Source of the DNA: an uncultured Nitrospiraceae bacterium
Lineage (GTDB): Bacteria > Nitrospirota > Nitrospiria > Nitrospirales > Nitrospiraceae
Assembly (NCBI GenBank): GCA_963846575.1
Contig: CAWJWJ010000002.1
Location: 1,952,001-2,016,000, forward strand
DNA: 64,000 nt
Direction of reading: 5' to 3'
Both the position numbers and the translations under genes were made by a program. Positions 61,861 to 64,000 of the stretch are shown one piece after another (the first letter of the stretch is position 1; each line of letters starts with the position of its first letter). Under the pieces are notes generated by a model that was not told where the DNA came from, did not search any database, and saw nothing but the letters and a program-made list of their open reading frames with translations.

Positions 61861-61889
61861 ACTATAGGCCAACGACCACATCATGTCAA
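61861..61889 (-). promoter_or_regulatory. Near-consensus sigma70 promoter
   Basis: TTGACA-N17-TATAGT about 100 nt upstream of ATG 61764. Confidence 0.75.
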
Positions 61890-61976
61890 GTTGTTTTCGG
61901 GCCACCCATCCACTATATGGTATTGGGCATAGTTTAGCCACTCACATTTGATTCGGGTCCACATTCTGAATGCTGA

Positions 61977-62063
61977 TGGTGCCCAGAGGGAGGGTCGAAC
62001 TCCCACTCTCTTGCGAGAACCGGATTTTGAGTCCGGCGCGTCTGCCAGTTCCGCCATCCGGGC
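61977..62063 (-). tRNA. tRNA-Leu (CAA)
   Basis: Reverse complement GCCCGGATGGCGGAACTGGCAGACGCGCCGGACTCAAAATCCGGTTCTCGCAAGAGAGTGGGAGTTCGACCCTCCCTCTGGGCACCA; long variable arm. Confidence 0.97.
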
Positions 62064-62251
62064 ATATGACCTTGACCTAGTCGCCATTCGATCCCAACCG
62101 GAGCGCCTCACGGTAAGGGGAAGCATTTTTAGCATGAAGCCGTTCAAGCGTCAATCAGCGCGGACACTCTTTTTTTCTCGAAATATCAAATGCTAGAATG
62201 ACCGACGAGAATATAGCGAACCGAAGACTATATGAATCCATGGAGGCGACT

Positions 62252-62533
62252 ATGGCAGACGTGCAATGCATAACCTGCGGTGAAGTCGGTGAAGCGATTA
62301 CCGATACGTTATTCCTCGGCAAACTAGAAGCTGAGATCAAAGCGCAGGTTTGTAAACCCTGCTGGAAAAAGTGGGAAGGGATGCGCGTGATGGTCATCAA
62401 TGAGTATCAAGTCAACCTCGGGGACGAGAGCGGCCGCGAACTCGTAAAGAAGCAAATGAAAGCCTTCCTCAAACTGGGAGAGCAGACTGATACTTCGAAG
62501 CTTGACCAGAACTTTCGGCCGGCAGGCTCTTAG
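62252..62533 (+). CDS. yggX: Fe(II)-trafficking / oxidative-damage protection protein, YggX-like
   Basis: VCKPCWKKW..MRVMVINEYQVNL....RELVKKQMKAFL; GGAGG RBS before ATG 62252. Confidence 0.85.
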   Translation: MADVQCITCGEVGEAITDTLFLGKLEAEIKAQVCKPCWKKWEGMRVMVINEYQVNLGDESGRELVKKQMKAFLKLGEQTDTSKLDQNFRPAGS

Positions 62534-62692
62534 TGAACAAGATACTTAGACGTGACGTCTGATTACGAAGTAAGCCGATTAGCGAGTCGACCTACTTGTG
62601 CTACAACCAGAGCGCAGTTCTCCCGTGCCGGCCATTGAGCGTTAAGGTCCTGCGCCCCATTCACGCATCGTTCTGATCGGAGTTCGAATCCG

Positions 62693-62722
62693 TTGACACT
62701 CTGATTTCGGAAGTGATAAAGT
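62693..62722 (+). promoter_or_regulatory. Sigma70 promoter upstream of the DUF151 pair and rplM
   Basis: TTGACA-N18-TAAAGT with extended TG. Confidence 0.55.
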
Positions 62723-62770
62723 CGCCTATTGTTAAAGTTTTTGGCTGCTATCGGGAAGGAATAACCCGCC

Positions 62771-63226
62771 GTGATTACACAAATGCGGGTCAAGGGGCTG
62801 ATCTTCGACCCCTATAATAACGCCTATATTGTAGTGTTGCGAGACGAAGATAATTCAGACATGCTCCCGATTTGGGTCGGAAAATCAGAGGCCAGCGCCA
62901 TCGGTCTGGCTTTGGAAAGCGTGACCGCGCCGCGTCCCATGACCCACGATTTAATGAAATCATTTCTTGAAACGTTCGACGCAAAAATCATCAGCGTGGT
63001 CATCACCGATTTGAATGAAAACACGTATTACGCCACTATTCATCTGATGTACGAAGACTCTGAGTATACCGTTGATTCTCGCCCCAGCGATGCCATTGCG
63101 CTGGCGCTGCGAACGAGCGCCCCGATCTTTGCTAGCGAGAAAGTCATCAAAAAACAGTCATCCGAAGAACTCGAGCAGTGGCTTGAAAACTTAAAACCGG
63201 AAGACTTCGGTAAACTGGATAGCTAA
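62771..63226 (+). CDS. Bifunctional nuclease family protein (DUF151)
   Basis: LPIWVGKSEASAI, PRPMTHDL, DSRPSDAIALALR. Confidence 0.93.
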   Translation: MITQMRVKGLIFDPYNNAYIVVLRDEDNSDMLPIWVGKSEASAIGLALESVTAPRPMTHDLMKSFLETFDAKIISVVITDLNENTYYATIHLMYEDSEYTVDSRPSDAIALALRTSAPIFASEKVIKKQSSEELEQWLENLKPEDFGKLDS

Positions 63227-63229
63227 CTC

Positions 63230-63757
63230 ATGGAACCAGTCGTCCAGAATCAGTCAAGTGAACTCGTGGCATTGACTGTCAAGCAGGTACTTGAAGACGG
63301 CAATACCGATACCCGCATCGTCGTACTGAAAAGTGATGATGCGAGTGTAACATTGCCGATTTGGGTAGGCTCCGCTGAGGGAAATGCGATTCGTCTCGCT
63401 ATGGAACGCGTGGTGACCCCCCGCCCTATGAGCCATGATCTCATTCGGAGCTTTGCAGATCACCTCGGCGTTCGAATCGAACGAGTCGTCATCACCGATG
63501 TGAAGAGCAGCACATACTATGCGAGTGTGGCGTTCGCGTCCAAGGGAGTGCACCGGACGTTGGACGCAAGACCGAGCGATGCCATTGCCCTCGCACTTCG
63601 CGCCGATTGCCCTATCTATGCTACCCAGGACGTGCTCAACCGGCGAACCGCGACTCACTTAGATGCGTGGATTAACAAACTCGACGCAAAGAATGATAGA
63701 ACCCCAACAAGCGTGAGGCCTGACGTCTTTTTGTCCACGGCTATCGTGCAGGAGTAG
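63230..63757 (+). CDS. Second bifunctional nuclease family protein (DUF151)
   Basis: LPIWVGSAEGNAI, PRPMSHDL, DARPSDAIALALR. Confidence 0.92.
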   Translation: MEPVVQNQSSELVALTVKQVLEDGNTDTRIVVLKSDDASVTLPIWVGSAEGNAIRLAMERVVTPRPMSHDLIRSFADHLGVRIERVVITDVKSSTYYASVAFASKGVHRTLDARPSDAIALALRADCPIYATQDVLNRRTATHLDAWINKLDAKNDRTPTSVRPDVFLSTAIVQE

Positions 63758-63766
63758 ATGGAGATC

Positions 63767-64000
63767 ATGACAAAAACGTATCTCGAAAAACCAGCTGATG
63801 TAAAACGCAAGTGGTTCCTGGTCGATGCCGACGGGAAAACGCTGGGCCGCCTGGCGGCGAAAGTTGCCACCTTGTTGCGCGGCAAGCATAAGCCGACCTT
63901 CACGCCCCACGTCGACACCGGAGACCACGTCGTCATCGTGAATGCGGAAAAAATTCGCCTGACGGGGAACAAGATGGAGTCCAAGACCTATTCGTCTCAC
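63767..64000 (+). CDS. rplM: 50S ribosomal protein L13, partial, runs off the right edge
   Basis: Read by hand: [69 protein letters not shown]. Confidence 0.97.
   Translation, partial: MTKTYLEKPADVKRKWFLVDADGKTLGRLAAKVATLLRGKHKPTFTPHVDTGDHVVIVNAEKIRLTGNKMESKTYSSH

Overview
GC-rich bacterial chromosome window; gene content and order suggest Nitrospira/Nitrospirota (inference, no search run). The left half (1-32.7 kb) is a large surface-polysaccharide locus. A ~26-kb minus-strand run starts with a NusG-paralogue antiterminator (UpxY/LoaP/RfaH-type) and a solitary IS3 OrfA-like HTH gene. It continues with two short Wza/OPX proteins, an outer-membrane beta-barrel, a Wzm/Wzt ABC exporter, glycosyltransferases, two AsnB-type amidotransferases, acyl- and methyltransferases, a deacetylase, an SGNH protein, a GT-C protein and a Wzy/WaaL-family protein. 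The run is flanked by a divergent atypical LuxR regulator and a convergent secreted beta-helix gene with a clear sigma54/IHF promoter. From tRNA-Gly(CCC) at 33.4 kb the window is mostly housekeeping: tyrS, comEA, lpdA, gcvH, a TPR/PgaB-like lipoprotein, ndk, mtnA, DegT, GT4, comEC, glmM, folP, ftsH, hpt, tilS, ribF, the heme operon, rsmI, a TusA-like gene, tRNA-Leu(CAA), a yggX-like gene, two DUF151 genes and the start of rplM. Four genes between 36.1 and 41.6 kb each carry a single +1 insertion, most likely assembly errors. No CRISPR array, integrase or complete mobile element was seen. All family assignments come from motif recognition by eye.
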